Assembly (NCBI GenBank): GCA_051294375.1
Contig: CM119266.1
Location: forward strand, 26,509,387 to 26,573,386
Length of the DNA stretch: 64,000 nucleotides
Direction of reading: 5' to 3'
Source: Paraspadella gotoi
Lineage: Eukaryota > Animalia > Chaetognatha
Below are positions 1 through 28,392 of the stretch, one piece after another; positions within the stretch are counted from its first letter, which is position 1; the number at the start of each line of letters is the position of its first letter. Below the pieces are notes generated by a model. That model did no database searches and was not told where the DNA came from. It was given only the letters and a program-made list of their open reading frames with translations. The translations under genes and the position numbers were made by a program.

Positions 1-320
1 GAATGTTTCAATTGTATTAATTTTTTATTTAGAATATTATTATTATATTTTATTATAAATTTATTATTATTATTTTTTCAAAATTTAATTTTAATTATTC
101 AGTGATTTCTTTTATTTTATTATGTGTTGAAGTTGTTTGAAGCAAGAAAATTTTATTAGTGTTTACAAACACTAAATTTAAAAAAAAAATTGTTCACGTT
201 GATGTATTAAAGCATAAATGTGTCTGTTTTTTTATTTTTAAAAAAGTTCAATGTTTGTAAATGTTAATAAAATTTGTTTTTCTTCAAATCTTGCTTCAAA
301 AATTTTAATTATCATATATT

Positions 321-520
321 TAACCCTAACTTACCTCTAATTAACCTTAATTTACCCTTAACCATAATTTACCCCTAACTTACCCTTTTTTACCCTTTTT
401 CTACTCAGAAACCGCGAGTTACACCTTAACTTACCATTTAGCTTAACCTATCCTTATCCTATTTTTAACTTATATTTAATTTTGATTTATTTTTAACCTT
501 AATTTACAATAACCTTAACT
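321..520. repeat. Degenerate TAACCC/TTACCC-rich simple repeat tract
   Basis: Repeated taaccct/ttaccct/aacctt units. A similar tract lies in the opposite orientation at ~55915-55972 (ggttag/ttaagg). Too degenerate to be a telomere. Confidence 0.45.
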
Positions 521-890
521 TAAAATGATAACATAATCATTACCTAAATATTAATATCAATAATAATAAATATTAAAAAATTATAAAATCTGAATTCTTT
601 TAATTTTTTCCCCCCATGAAATTAAATCCTCTAATTTTTTTTTTCGTTAATTTATTAAGAAAAACATTTTTCTTCTTTTTCCCATAGACGAACGTATTAA
701 TCTCCAGAATGCCCTATTAAGAATGGTTGATAGGTTCAATCGGTGATTATTTAATTTGTTTCTGTAATTATGGAATTATAATGTCATTATAATGTTATAA
801 CTAATTTTTACTATTATTGTTAAAAAATTTCGCATTTCAGTTTTTGGTTAACATGATTTTATTTTAACAAGTGCGAAACCTTCCTTAAAA

Positions 891-3800
891 ATGGCCGTCA
901 AATTCTTACTCGCCACTCTGTTTGTCGCCGAGGTTGTCGGATTTTCTGGCGACGACGTTGGTGCCTCCATAGAGTTTTCTCCAGCTGGAGAAGCAACACA
1001 GATCGCCGCCATTTGCGCCTCTTTTTTCGTTGCATCCGCCGTTCTCATCTACGTAATCAGCGTTTTCGGCATGCGGGAGAGAACCTTCGAAGAAGCGTTG
1101 GAGGAGCAGAGAAAGCGACAACGGGAAGCTCCGTTGTCATCGATCCCGATTCGCTCCAAAAGGCCACTATCAAAATCCGTTGGAGCGATCGGGGCGAAAG
1201 CGGAGAAAAAGAAAAAGGAAGGAAAGAAAAGAGTTGTAGGCGCCAGCCCCAAGACGAATGGCGTAATTCCTTCGCCGCCCCCGCTGACTACTATTACGAA
1301 GAAAATACTTCAGGAAAATACCACATTTTCGGCAGATGCGGTGTCAACGATCTCCGAAAAGGAGTTGGATCAGGAAGAGTCGGCTATCGTCGATACCGTC
1401 CCTACTGCTTTGAGGTTGGCGAAAAAGAAAAAAAAGGGGAAGAAGAATGGGGCGAACTCTGAGGACGAGGTCGAAACAAAGGAAATCGTTTTACCGGAAA
1501 AGCTAGAAGCGTGCATACTAAAAAACCAAGGATCCGTCCATCTCTCTTATAGCGAACGGAGAGATTTACCTAATGGTGACGTTTCGCGCGAGAAGGAGAT
1601 CGAAATAGAAACAACGCTCAAAATAGAATCAAAGGAAGATGGTCTTTCCACTCCTGCTGCGCCCGCCACGCCCGCCGCGGCCGTGAATGGCTCAATTTTT
1701 TCTGCGACTGAAGAAGAAATTAAAGAGAAGCGAAGGAAGAAAAAGAAGGATTGTTGGGAGGAGACCTATTCTTCTGCCACCAGTGAAGAAGAACAAATTC
1801 TCAAATTGAAACAGAGTCTCGATGAACGCGACAAAATGTTGGCGGAGAATAAGCTGCTAAATGGCCGACTCCAGACTAAGCTTGGAGAGAATCGTGCCCT
1901 TCTAAAAACCGAAAGAGGAAAGGCGGTGGAATGCGAGGCTCGTTTGGCGGAGACAGCAGAGAAAAGTAAAATCGACCTGCAATCACTCGATCTGCGGATG
2001 CAACAGCAACAACGCGAATTTCAGGCCGAGCGAAACAACTTGCAACTCAAGATCAACTCAATGCAAGAAAAGTTGCAGGAAGCGGCCGCTCAGGCACAAA
2101 CCCATCATGGTCGCCTGCAGCAGCTGCAGAACGAAAACAAGTCCTGGCGCGAGGCTTCTGAACGCGGAAGGAAGGACTTTGACGGCCGACTGAAAAAGTT
2201 GGAGGACGAATCTCGTCGCTCGCAACAGGCCGCCGTGGATGAGACGAAAAGCCACTATGTTCACCAAGTCAAAGACCTTCAAGATCAGCTCCAACAAACG
2301 GAAGGTTATCGAACGACCGTCGCGAATGAACTTGCCCAATTGCAAAAGGAATTTCAACGTGCCAAGACTAGGGCCACCGAGTTGGAGAACAACCTTGGGC
2401 TTCGCGAGACTCAAGTTTCTCAGTTGAACTCTCAACTGACGGAAGCGGAGAACGCGCGCAACGCTTTGGACACTCGCTTGAAAACCTACGAAACGCGCCT
2501 GCAAGATGCGTTGGCCCAGCGGCAGGAGGCCGAAGATAAAGCCAAATCGGCGCATGATAAGTTGGAGGCGGCAAAAGGGGCGAAAATAGCGGCGGAAGCG
2601 TCGCCTTCGAATCAAAAAGAGACCGAAAGGGAGAAAAACATCCAACTGGAAAATACATTAAAGGAAATGAAAGCCAGGGTGGCGAAAAAGGACGAAGAAG
2701 TTTCTCGTTTGCGAGCCGAATTGGCTAATCTGGAGTCGCTAATCGCGTCGTTGTCGAAATCAACAGTCGACGAAAATTCCCTCGCCAAGTTAAAGAGTTT
2801 AGAATCTGAATTGGAAGGTAAAAAATATTTGGAATCCGAACTAGAGATCTTGAAAAAAGAAAAGCAGCAACTCGAGTCTAATTTGGAAGAGACGAAAACG
2901 AATAAGGGTGGGTACGAGGCGGAATCGGATCGTCTCGTGGCTTCCCTCAAACAAATGCGCTCTCGCGTCGCGCAATGCCTTGCCGACGAAGAATCTACGG
3001 CGACTGTTGCCGGTCTTGCGGTTGCGTTGAAGTCTTCTTGCGCCGATCTCAACTTACCGTCCGAAGTCGACTTAGCCGGCGTATTTAACACCGACTTGAT
3101 TGCGGCCCTGGAAAGGCTGGTCAACAAACAGACCTCGGTAAATGTCGATGATTACCTTCGCCAAATAGAAGCTTTGAAGGTCGAGGTTAATGACGCGGTA
3201 GAAGCTTTGGAAGCCACTCAACAAGCGCTCAGCGTGCAAATCGAGGACGAGGACGATAAAATCCGGGAGGACGACCAAGGTGAGCTTTTCGTACGCTTAC
3301 AGTCAGAGTTAGACGAGGCTAAATCGTCGCTGCTGACGCAACAAAAATCGCGCATAGCCGACGCCACCATAATCAAGGACTTGGAGACAACTCTAGCGGA
3401 AACTAAAGAACGATTGGAAGGACTGGAAAGGACCCTCGACCAGGAGACCAAGTCGAGCGTCAAGCTTCAGCAAGTCGTCGAGGAGAAAGAAAGGGAAATC
3501 GTCGACCTCCAAGCCCGATTAAAAACTCAAGAATATAAGGCGGAAGCCGAAAGGCATGCCCAGATTCGAGTGCAGGAAGAGATTGAGGCGACGGCGGCTA
3601 AACTGCATCAAGACGTTGACCATTACAAGAACGTCCTGAGCGAGACTGAAGCTATGCTGAACAAACTGCAAACCAGCGTTGAATCCGAGGCGAAGAGGTG
3701 GAGTGAGCGGTTGAGAGCGAAGGAGGAGGCGGCAAGGAGCGCTGCTTTGAAATCGGAAGAGCTTCAACTTCGTTTGGACGCGCTGGATGCCGCTTTTGCC

Positions 3801-4349
3801 GTCGAGCGTCAAGAAAAAAACGCCCTCGTTGCCGAACACGGCGAGGATCGACAGGAACGCGATCAGCTTCGGGAAGCCCTTGAAGCGGAGACGAAACTCA
3901 AGCTAGAGGCTCTCGAAGCAGAGCGACAGTTAGAAACCAGAATCTGTGCTGAACGAGCGATGAAATTAGACCTCGAAAGTAGGCTCGCCGAGGCTGTCGT
4001 CACTGCGGCCGAGTCCAAATCGTTGGTGGAAAAGCTTTCTGTCGAATCGGAGGGCGCCAAAGGGGCCGTCGCCGAGGCGGCCGCAAACATCGATAGACTC
4101 TCTCTCGAAAATCGCCGATTGGAAGCGGAGACTGATAAGTTGCGAAGAAAAGCCGATGATTTTGAGGTTCGCTTAAAGGAGCAGGCGGTGGCCGCGGCGA
4201 TCCCGGCGGCAACTCCTAAGAAGGACAAAGAGAAGGAAAAGAAAAGCACGGATCCTGAAAGCGACGCTGCGAGCGTCGGTGAAGGAGGCGAAGAAAAGAA
4301 GAAGAAGGGAAAGTCGCTGGCAAAACTCTTTTCGCCAAAGTCAAAATAA
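891..4349 (+). CDS. RRBP1: Ribosome-binding protein 1 (p180)/kinectin-like ER membrane coiled-coil protein, single coding exon
   Basis: 1152-aa ORF. TM segment followed by 'VISVFGMRERTFEEALEEQRKR' matches the RRBP1/kinectin N-terminal signature (FSMKETSYEEALANQRK). A Lys-rich region and a long coiled coil follow. Confidence 0.8.
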   Translation: MAVKFLLATLFVAEVVGFSGDDVGASIEFSPAGEATQIAAICASFFVASAVLIYVISVFGMRERTFEEALEEQRKRQREAPLSSIPIRSKRPLSKSVGAIGAKAEKKKKEGKKRVVGASPKTNGVIPSPPPLTTITKKILQENTTFSADAVSTISEKELDQEESAIVDTVPTALRLAKKKKKGKKNGANSEDEVETKEIVLPEKLEACILKNQGSVHLSYSERRDLPNGDVSREKEIEIETTLKIESKEDGLSTPAAPATPAAAVNGSIFSATEEEIKEKRRKKKKDCWEETYSSATSEEEQILKLKQSLDERDKMLAENKLLNGRLQTKLGENRALLKTERGKAVECEARLAETAEKSKIDLQSLDLRMQQQQREFQAERNNLQLKINSMQEKLQEAAAQAQTHHGRLQQLQNENKSWREASERGRKDFDGRLKKLEDESRRSQQAAVDETKSHYVHQVKDLQDQLQQTEGYRTTVANELAQLQKEFQRAKTRATELENNLGLRETQVSQLNSQLTEAENARNALDTRLKTYETRLQDALAQRQEAEDKAKSAHDKLEAAKGAKIAAEASPSNQKETEREKNIQLENTLKEMKARVAKKDEEVSRLRAELANLESLIASLSKSTVDENSLAKLKSLESELEGKKYLESELEILKKEKQQLESNLEETKTNKGGYEAESDRLVASLKQMRSRVAQCLADEESTATVAGLAVALKSSCADLNLPSEVDLAGVFNTDLIAALERLVNKQTSVNVDDYLRQIEALKVEVNDAVEALEATQQALSVQIEDEDDKIREDDQGELFVRLQSELDEAKSSLLTQQKSRIADATIIKDLETTLAETKERLEGLERTLDQETKSSVKLQQVVEEKEREIVDLQARLKTQEYKAEAERHAQIRVQEEIEATAAKLHQDVDHYKNVLSETEAMLNKLQTSVESEAKRWSERLRAKEEAARSAALKSEELQLRLDALDAAFAVERQEKNALVAEHGEDRQERDQLREALEAETKLKLEALEAERQLETRICAERAMKLDLESRLAEAVVTAAESKSLVEKLSVESEGAKGAVAEAAANIDRLSLENRRLEAETDKLRRKADDFEVRLKEQAVAAAIPAATPKKDKEKEKKSTDPESDAASVGEGGEEKKKKGKSLAKLFSPKSK

Positions 4350-5343
4350 AACGATCATGTCCCTCCAAAAATCTTGTGATTCTCATTCTTTTTTAAATAA
4401 ATACGCGCTTTTGCTAAGCTATAAGGCAAGGTTTTATACTTAAATGCTTATATTTTTTTTTTCCTCAAGCCTGGGCTCTTTTCAAATTTAAGTAGATTAA
4501 GAAAGTGAATGAAGGCTTCTACAATCTACATTTATCTAATAAAATGTAATCTGTGTCCATTATTCGTTCTACAAGACGTTTTCTTTTCAATTCCCAGAAA
4601 ATATTTTTTTTGCGTTAAATATCTTAAATATCTTTACTAGTCGCTTTCAAATTATTTAAGTTCTATTTTGTCGCTGTGTTAAATCATCTTAATTATTCGC
4701 ATTATTTTCCTTTGAGATTTACCAAATCGTCGGGTTTTATTTCGGGTCGGAATTTTTTTATCTAAGTTACGGTTTTGGAATAAATAAAAAAAGTTAATTG
4801 AAAGTTGTAAAATAGTCTCAAAACTATTGTGAGAATAAATTCATTATCTTATTGCCAATTTACTATTTTACGTTAATGATTTTCTAACTTAGCCTCATGC
4901 ATTAAGTTAATTTAGACATTGTTTTTACTTTTTAATTTTTGACACTTACTAAAAAAAAATAATCGAAGAATGTGGAAATGAAAGAAAAGAAAAGAAAAGC
5001 ATAATTTTGTTTCAAAAATTGTTTCATAAAATATTGTCAATAAAAAGTTGATAGTACTTAAATTCAAATGAAATTTCGGTGGCTCACTACTTTTGAAATC
5101 CGTTTATATTTACACAACATTAACAAATAAAATAACATCTATTTCATGAATTGCGGCCATTTTTACACTTGTGATCTGTTTCCAATGTGGCAACTTTCAC
5201 CTTCCGCTTGAAATCAACCATCCAAAGAAACATAAACTTAACGGTTACACGTTATGAAAATTATAATTTGTGATTTTTTTCTGGGTCAGGCGTTTGGTCT
5301 AAGGAATATCTCGTTCCCTTCATCGGCCTTACAACAGAAAACC

Positions 5344-5697
5344 ATGTCGAACAAGGGATTGCGCGATCCTCAGTTGCGTATCAAGGCGAGACACGACAAC
5401 TTTCTGCAGGCGACTCGTATGAACCGCTACTCGTGGGCCGTCTCGGTCGGCGTAGCCGGACTGTTTCTATTCAGCATGTGGGCCGGGGCACTCTTTTACG
5501 GACCGCGCCTACAATCCAAGCGAGAAGCGTGGGATTACGAAAAAGAGCAGAAAAACAAAAACAAAAATGAGAGATACATTCATTTGCTGAGGATGCGCCT
5601 TTCCGTCAAACAGTATCGCCAAGAGGAGATCAAAAATATGTTAGAAGCGAAAGCTACGCAGGAAAAAAAGCCCACCGAGTCTTGCCCCATTCCTTGA
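5344..5697 (+). CDS. Small (117 aa) single-pass membrane protein of unknown function
   Basis: ATG in good context (accATGt) at 5344. GC-rich island in AT-rich flanks. One hydrophobic segment (WAVSVGVAGLFLFSMWAGALFYG) followed by a charged helical tail. Confidence 0.6.
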   Translation: MSNKGLRDPQLRIKARHDNFLQATRMNRYSWAVSVGVAGLFLFSMWAGALFYGPRLQSKREAWDYEKEQKNKNKNERYIHLLRMRLSVKQYRQEEIKNMLEAKATQEKKPTESCPIP

Positions 5698-5958
5698 TTA
5701 TGCGACTTATTTATTGTGAATCCGTTGAATGAACCCTTTTTTGTTTTTCTTTGTTTCAGTTAAATTCTAAAACTTTTGATTATTTTTTAATATACATTTT
5801 TTCGGACAACGAAAGCGAAATCGACGGATTTACTCCGAGAGAAATTCGTAAGTTTTATAACATATCCTTTTGCATTAGGGTCAATAATGAATATTTTTCA
5901 AATACCGAACGGGAATTTTCTTTAATTTATACTCATATTGAAACACGAATAGTCTAAT

Positions 5959-7000
5959 CTAGACATTAACCATCAGATAGCGCGGAGGCATGAGAGAATA
6001 TTTCCTTCGATCGGCGGCGTCGGAATCGAAAGGTCGCGCTTCGATTCTCGCGCCGTCGTCGATGCTGCCGCGGCCATCCCCGTCGCCGCCGCGGTCGTCG
6101 CCCGGCTGCGGCGCGGTCGTCGAGGAAATGGGCTGCAGTGCCAATTTCGCTGCTCTATATCCGGTCGGAACGTGGAGCGTTTTACATCGTGGTCAGAGAA
6201 ACCTGATAGATATTTTTTTCGGAAGAAGACAAAAAACCTAAATTAAAATTATATTTAACCACGAGTGACGAAAGCTTCTCCACCCGGCCCGGTCCGCGAT
6301 CTCGATCCGCCGAGCTGTCCTTTCGGCCTCGGCAGGAATCACTTCACGGCGGTGTCTCTACCGCCGCTCTTTTCACGTCCTTCGAGGGGCGTCGGCTAGG
6401 AACGCGATCACGGCATCGGTCAACTCTGACCACTCTCGCCGTCTTGCGTATTGTGGGAGCCATGGACGCATTTTGAGCTATTGTTATCCCTAAATCAACT
6501 GTCTCAGTCGGACCAGAAGGGTGGGGGAAAGTTAGAAAGGGTGCAGCCGCCCAAATCAAAGGGACTTTAAGTTTAAGGTGAGTAAAAAACCAGCGGCCGA
6601 CAAGGACTTCGAGCGACATATTCTCGTCACCGACGCCCTGGGTTCGCGTCAAGAAAGAAAGCAGCGTGTACAGTTTTTGGAATACGGATGTCCGTCGGCG
6701 CTGAACGCCGCCGGCCACGACCATAATCCCGGTATTATTTACCTGGACGTCGGCTTCGAAATCTCGCGCGTCGTTGCGCGCGCGCGAAAATGCCGCTCGC
6801 CCTACCGTATTGTGGAGGCGGGCCCGGGGACGTGCCGCACACTCAAAGGTGGCGCCCCGAATTTACGAAGAGCTGCTCGCCCAAGTTCGCGCCTCGTCGC
6901 CAGACACGAAAGGCGCGTTGTCGACGTGGCTGGCCGGCGCGGACTCGTTCGCGCGCAGCTCGACGCTACTTAGCGTCCCTCGTGGCCCATCTCCACTCAT
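5959..7000 (-). other. Unresolved GC-rich, coding-like region (possible gene or pseudogene divergent from the DDX gene)
   Basis: Exon-like composition. Minus-strand ORFs 6863-7153 and 6344-6724 are in the same frame, separated by one TAA. No consistent splice model or family recognised. Confidence 0.3.
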
Positions 7001-7608
7001 AGAAGTAGTAGCGGTGAGTTTACTGCCAACAAAAATAGAACGGAATACGTCAAATTTAATTTTGGTGCATGTTTTTGTATCCGCATAACAAGAATTTTTT
7101 GATGTTTTTGTTTCTTCCCCGAAAGTTATATCAATGATCAGAAATCTTGGCAAATCGAAGGATTTTATTACCGTAGATTGAGCTTTATCTATTTTAAGTG
7201 CTTAATTCGCACATTGACATTTAAAAAGTTTTGACCCAGGGAATATGGATGGTGTTATTTTATTGGCTGCCATGTTAACTACAATTAACTTATTTTCATT
7301 TTATTCTATGAAGAATTTTTATAGCCGTAGTTTGTCAACAGGCGGAGTGGTCAATTCTCGGCTTACCTGAGGTGTCGAATGTTGTCACAGATTACATAAA
7401 TTAAAATGAAGTTTTTATGAAATTGGTACAACCAATATAAAAATTATCCATTCATTTAATAAATAAGCTATCTTGCCCCTGACTTTTTATTTTATAATTG
7501 TTTGAGTAAGAAGTCGGCCAGAAAGAGAATGATTGTTTAAATCATACCAAATTGGTTTTCAGGTTGAAGCGTTTACGTGACTCGTTCGAACCGTCGACCT
7601 CCATACCG

Positions 7609-24112
<16,504 letters not shown>

Positions 24113-27100
24113 GATCATTGTTTTATAAAGCTATTTTTACCTTTCTCACATCGTGCGTACAGTGTAGTATAGTATATTGCATAGTATTCAAGAACGTTGT
24201 TTCTTGTTTCATGAGCTACCATGATGGGGAAAAAAATTGTCGCGGTTACTTTGCAGGTATTTTTCGGCATTTTAATATAAGAATCGAAAAATAAAATTTA
24301 GATATCGAAAAACTTTGGCCTTTTGTGATTCATATGAGCTATGTCTCATTTATGTATGACAAAAAATTCATAAGTTCCAGGCAAAAGAAAATGAGTTGTC
24401 CAAAAAAATGCTTTCTTTTTTTTAATCTTTTTCATATTTATACTTTTTATTTATACTAATTTTTAATTCTTTTTTATTACTTTTTGAGTTAAACTGTTAC
24501 TATTAAAAATCCTTTCTTTTATAAAGTATCAATAAAAGTTATAAGGCTTAAGGTAACCTTTCTGTGAGCAAAGTTATCATTGTTATTTACCTCTGGATAT
24601 ATTATCAGAACCAAATATCAAACGAGTAAAAAAAAAAAGATTTTGTTGAAATGACGTCATCACATTATGCAGCAACAACTCAAGCCTGGTTTACTTTATA
24701 GGGGATCAATCTTTTTCACAGCTTGCCAAGGAGTATTTTTTTTCCAAATCGGATAAAAAATATCATATGAGAGATATAATATTAACAATAATGTGAGTAG
24801 TCCTCTTGATCAAAAAAAGGTTAAAATAGTTTGAGATAACCTCTTTTGGAAATATTTGTATGCATTAAATAATTTTATGCTGTTGAGAAATAATCTGTTT
24901 GTTCAGTCCTAGGGAGGTTACATTATATATTGAAACCTATTTACTGGCCAAAAATTATATTTGATAATGAAATTAACCCACTTTTCTAAACCGCGATAAT
25001 TTTTTTTTCCATCATGGTAATCATTACTTTCAAAGTAGGCATGATATCGTCTGCACATTGCAAAAATATGGAGTTATCACTTATGAATTGTACGAGATAT
25101 TGCCATTGCTTTTTTTATTCTTCCTCAGTTTTTTGCTTTGAAATTTCTGATGCAAATCAGTCTGATTTGCGTAGCTTTTTCCAGATTGTTAATGTTCAAG
25201 GACGGACTGTCCTGGAACCAAGGGAAGAAATTTGTTTTTATCTCTATTCTTAGATGTTCATAATTTTTTTGTGTTTGTAAATATCAAATAAACTTACTAT
25301 TAAACGTTTAAATTCATTAAACTTTTGTCTGAAAAACTTATAATAAAGAGTTAGAATTTTTCATATTTTATTTGGATTATTTGGACAGTACACCTGCGAA
25401 CTTTGGTATGTGTAGTTTACGACTGCATCAGCTCTGAAGTACTATCTAGGAAAAAAGTATTTCACATTTATAATAAAGGATATTTACTCGAAAACTTGTT
25501 TGATTTAAAAAAATTCAGAATGTTTTCAAATCTACATTGAATTTTCTTTCAGTAGTTTTCTTCCATTTTTTTGTAGGTCAAATCGTTTAGAAGTTAGAGG
25601 CAAAAAATATTGTTACTTCAAATAAGAAATGTTAAAAAAAACATTTTTAGTTTTTCAATATTTTTGGTATATTTTTTTTTTTAAATAATTATATTTTAAT
25701 TTTTTTTTAATTTGGTAATGCTAAAGGCCTTGCACCTCTTTTTGGTTCAAAAAAGTGCTATTATAGCTCTCAGAAAAGAGGGAAAGATGCGCAACATCAA
25801 CAGCGGGGCTGAAAAGAATTGCGTTAAAGATGTGGAAAAATATTTTATTGTCATACCTCAATTTGCTGTATGAGAGTATGCTCAGATGAATGTAGGCAGT
25901 AGTCAATGCCGAAGAAGGGCATACCAAATATTAAAAATATTTTACTTATGTTTTGTTTACTTTTTATTGAATAAATAAAGTGTGATATACTTTTTTCTTA
26001 GATAGCATTAGTAATTCTAAATTTATTTTCTCTACTGCCTTGCCCGTAGTATTTCCTGATAAATATTTTATTTGTCATGTGAATTTAAAAGATTTTAAAT
26101 TTCATTAAAGTTAACTTAATACAAATTAAAAGAAAAATTACCATTTTAAAAATGCATAGGTGACCAAAACTTTTATCAACTTTTAGTTCTTTTACTCTCA
26201 AAACCGAAAAAAAAAAATTTAAAATTTTTTTTTTATTTGATCGAGCTATTATTTAATAGATTAATAGATTGTAGTTTAGCCTTGTATTGTATGGATGTTC
26301 TCTATATTTCCAGAAGATAACACTGACCTCCTTTTCCCAAGGTGGGTTATTAAATATAATGATTAATAAAAATTTTAAAAAAATAATATATATATAATTA
26401 AATAATAAGATTAAATAATAAAACTTTCATTGGGTATAAAAATATAAGTTATATGCTTATATGATTAAATATTTTTATATATTTCCCCCCATACTTATGA
26501 AATTAGTACAACCAATATAAATATATTTTTAAAGTCAAATCTAGCTTTTTCAATTATTTTATTTTTTTTTAAATTATTATTTTTTATATTTTTTTTGTAT
26601 ATTATATGTATATATCATTAGATTTTAGTATAAAACATTTATCAGAATTAATTATATTAAATTATTTTTTAAAAATATTAGTTAAAAATTATATAAGTCA
26701 GGAAAGTTTCGGCGACTTATTCATTTTCCAAGATGGTAGTCGATTATTGTTGCAAACATACAAAATCTGCTAATTTACTTAACGCTAATTCTTTTAATTA
26801 TTAATATAATTTTAACTGCAATATATTGGCAATTGCTCAATTATTTGTTCTTTTGTTAAATGTAGCGCCTCATTGCCACTAAATGATTGTTTAGAAATAT
26901 CTCGAGTAAATTTGAAGCCATTAAATAGGATTAGCAGAACCTGCGCCCAATGTCCTGTAGCCTGTGCCTTGTGCAACTTAAGAGGAATTAGGAAATATTT
27001 AAAAAAAAAAGAATTCGCGAGAGTGCGGTTTATTTCATACTTAAACTTTATTAACATTTAACAATGCTTAATAATTTCAAAAAATTTAAATAGCTGTTTC

Positions 27101-27316
27101 AAGTTATTTAAAACTGTCGGTGGGCGCAAACTTTGCCCCGTAATCCTTAGTTCAGTTCCACTCTTCTCGATTTTTTTGTTCGACCACGACTTAGCGTTGA
27201 CCTTATTTTATTTCAAGTGTGATTTATTGTTATAATTTTCCTTCGAAAATACGATTTTTTCACCATATTTCTCTTCTTAAAATTAAAGTTTTATCATAAA
27301 AATTACAAAAGAAAAC

Positions 27317-28392
27317 ATGCTTCGCGGTAACGCCTTTCGTCGCCTTCTCTCGACGGCTCGCTACGCGGCGGAGCGTAACCACTCGACTCTCGTCATCGCG
27401 GAGCACGACAACGCCCAACTGGCTCCCATCACGCTCAACGCCATTTCAGCGGCGCGCCGCGTGGGCAGCGACGTCACGTGCCTCGTGGCTGGCGAATCCT
27501 GCGGCGGCGCCGCATCGGCCGTCGCTGCCGTTGAGGGCGTCTCCCGCGTCTTGGTAGCCGAAAGTCCCGTCTTCAAGGGATTCCTCGCCGAGTCGATTAC
27601 GCCACTATTGTTGGCTTCGCAGAAGCAGTTTCAGTTCACTCACATAGCGGTGACAATAATTTTTAACGTGATTTTAAGGATATTGCGACGATTAATTCAG
27701 GGACGATTTTTTTTTCTTAAAAGGTGGGCGCCTCCGCGTTCGGAAAGAACCTCCTCCCTCGCGTCGCAGCCAAACTTGATGCGGCGCCGATCAGCGACGT
27801 CGTCGGCGTCGAATCCCCCGACACTTTTGTCCGCACCATCTACGCGGGCAACGCCGTCTGTACCGTCAAGAGTCTCGACCCCGTAAAGCTCTTCTCCGTC
27901 CGCGGCACCGCCTTCCCCCCGGCGGAATCTTCTAGCAGCGTCGCCAATTCCGAGACCCTCGACGCCGGCGCCGTCTCCAACGACCTCACTTCCTACGTTG
28001 GAGCCGAACTTACTAAGTCCGACCGGCCGGAACTCACCTCGGCCAAGACGGTCGTCTCCGGGGGACGTGGTATGAAGAACGGTGAGAACTTCGGCTTGCT
28101 CTACGACCTTGCGGACAAACTTAACGCCGCCGTGGGAGCCTCCCGCGCCGCGGTCGACGCCGGGTTCGTGCCCAACGACATGCAAGTCGGGCAGACCGGA
28201 AAAATGGTTGCGCCGGAGCTCTACATCGCCGTCGGCATCTCTGGAGCCATTCAGCATTTGGCAGGGATGAAGGACTCGAAGGTGATTGTAGCCATAAATA
28301 AGGACGCCGAGGCGCCGATCTTCCAGGTGGCGGACTTTGGGCTCGTCGAGGACCTCTTCAAAGCCGTGCCCGAAATGACTAAGGCTCTTTGA
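27317..28392 (+). CDS. ETFA: Electron transfer flavoprotein subunit alpha, mitochondrial. Exons 27317-27649 and 27724-28392
   Basis: Mitochondrial presequence, [83 protein letters not shown]. Confidence 0.97.

Noticed and set aside
321-520. Telomere or interstitial telomeric array
   Set aside because: The units are heterogeneous and no run of a perfect repeat exists.
2058-4249. Multiple antisense ORFs over the RRBP1-like gene (likewise over ETFA and the acidic exons)
   Set aside because: These are shadow frames of GC-rich or low-complexity coding sequence with no recognisable protein features.
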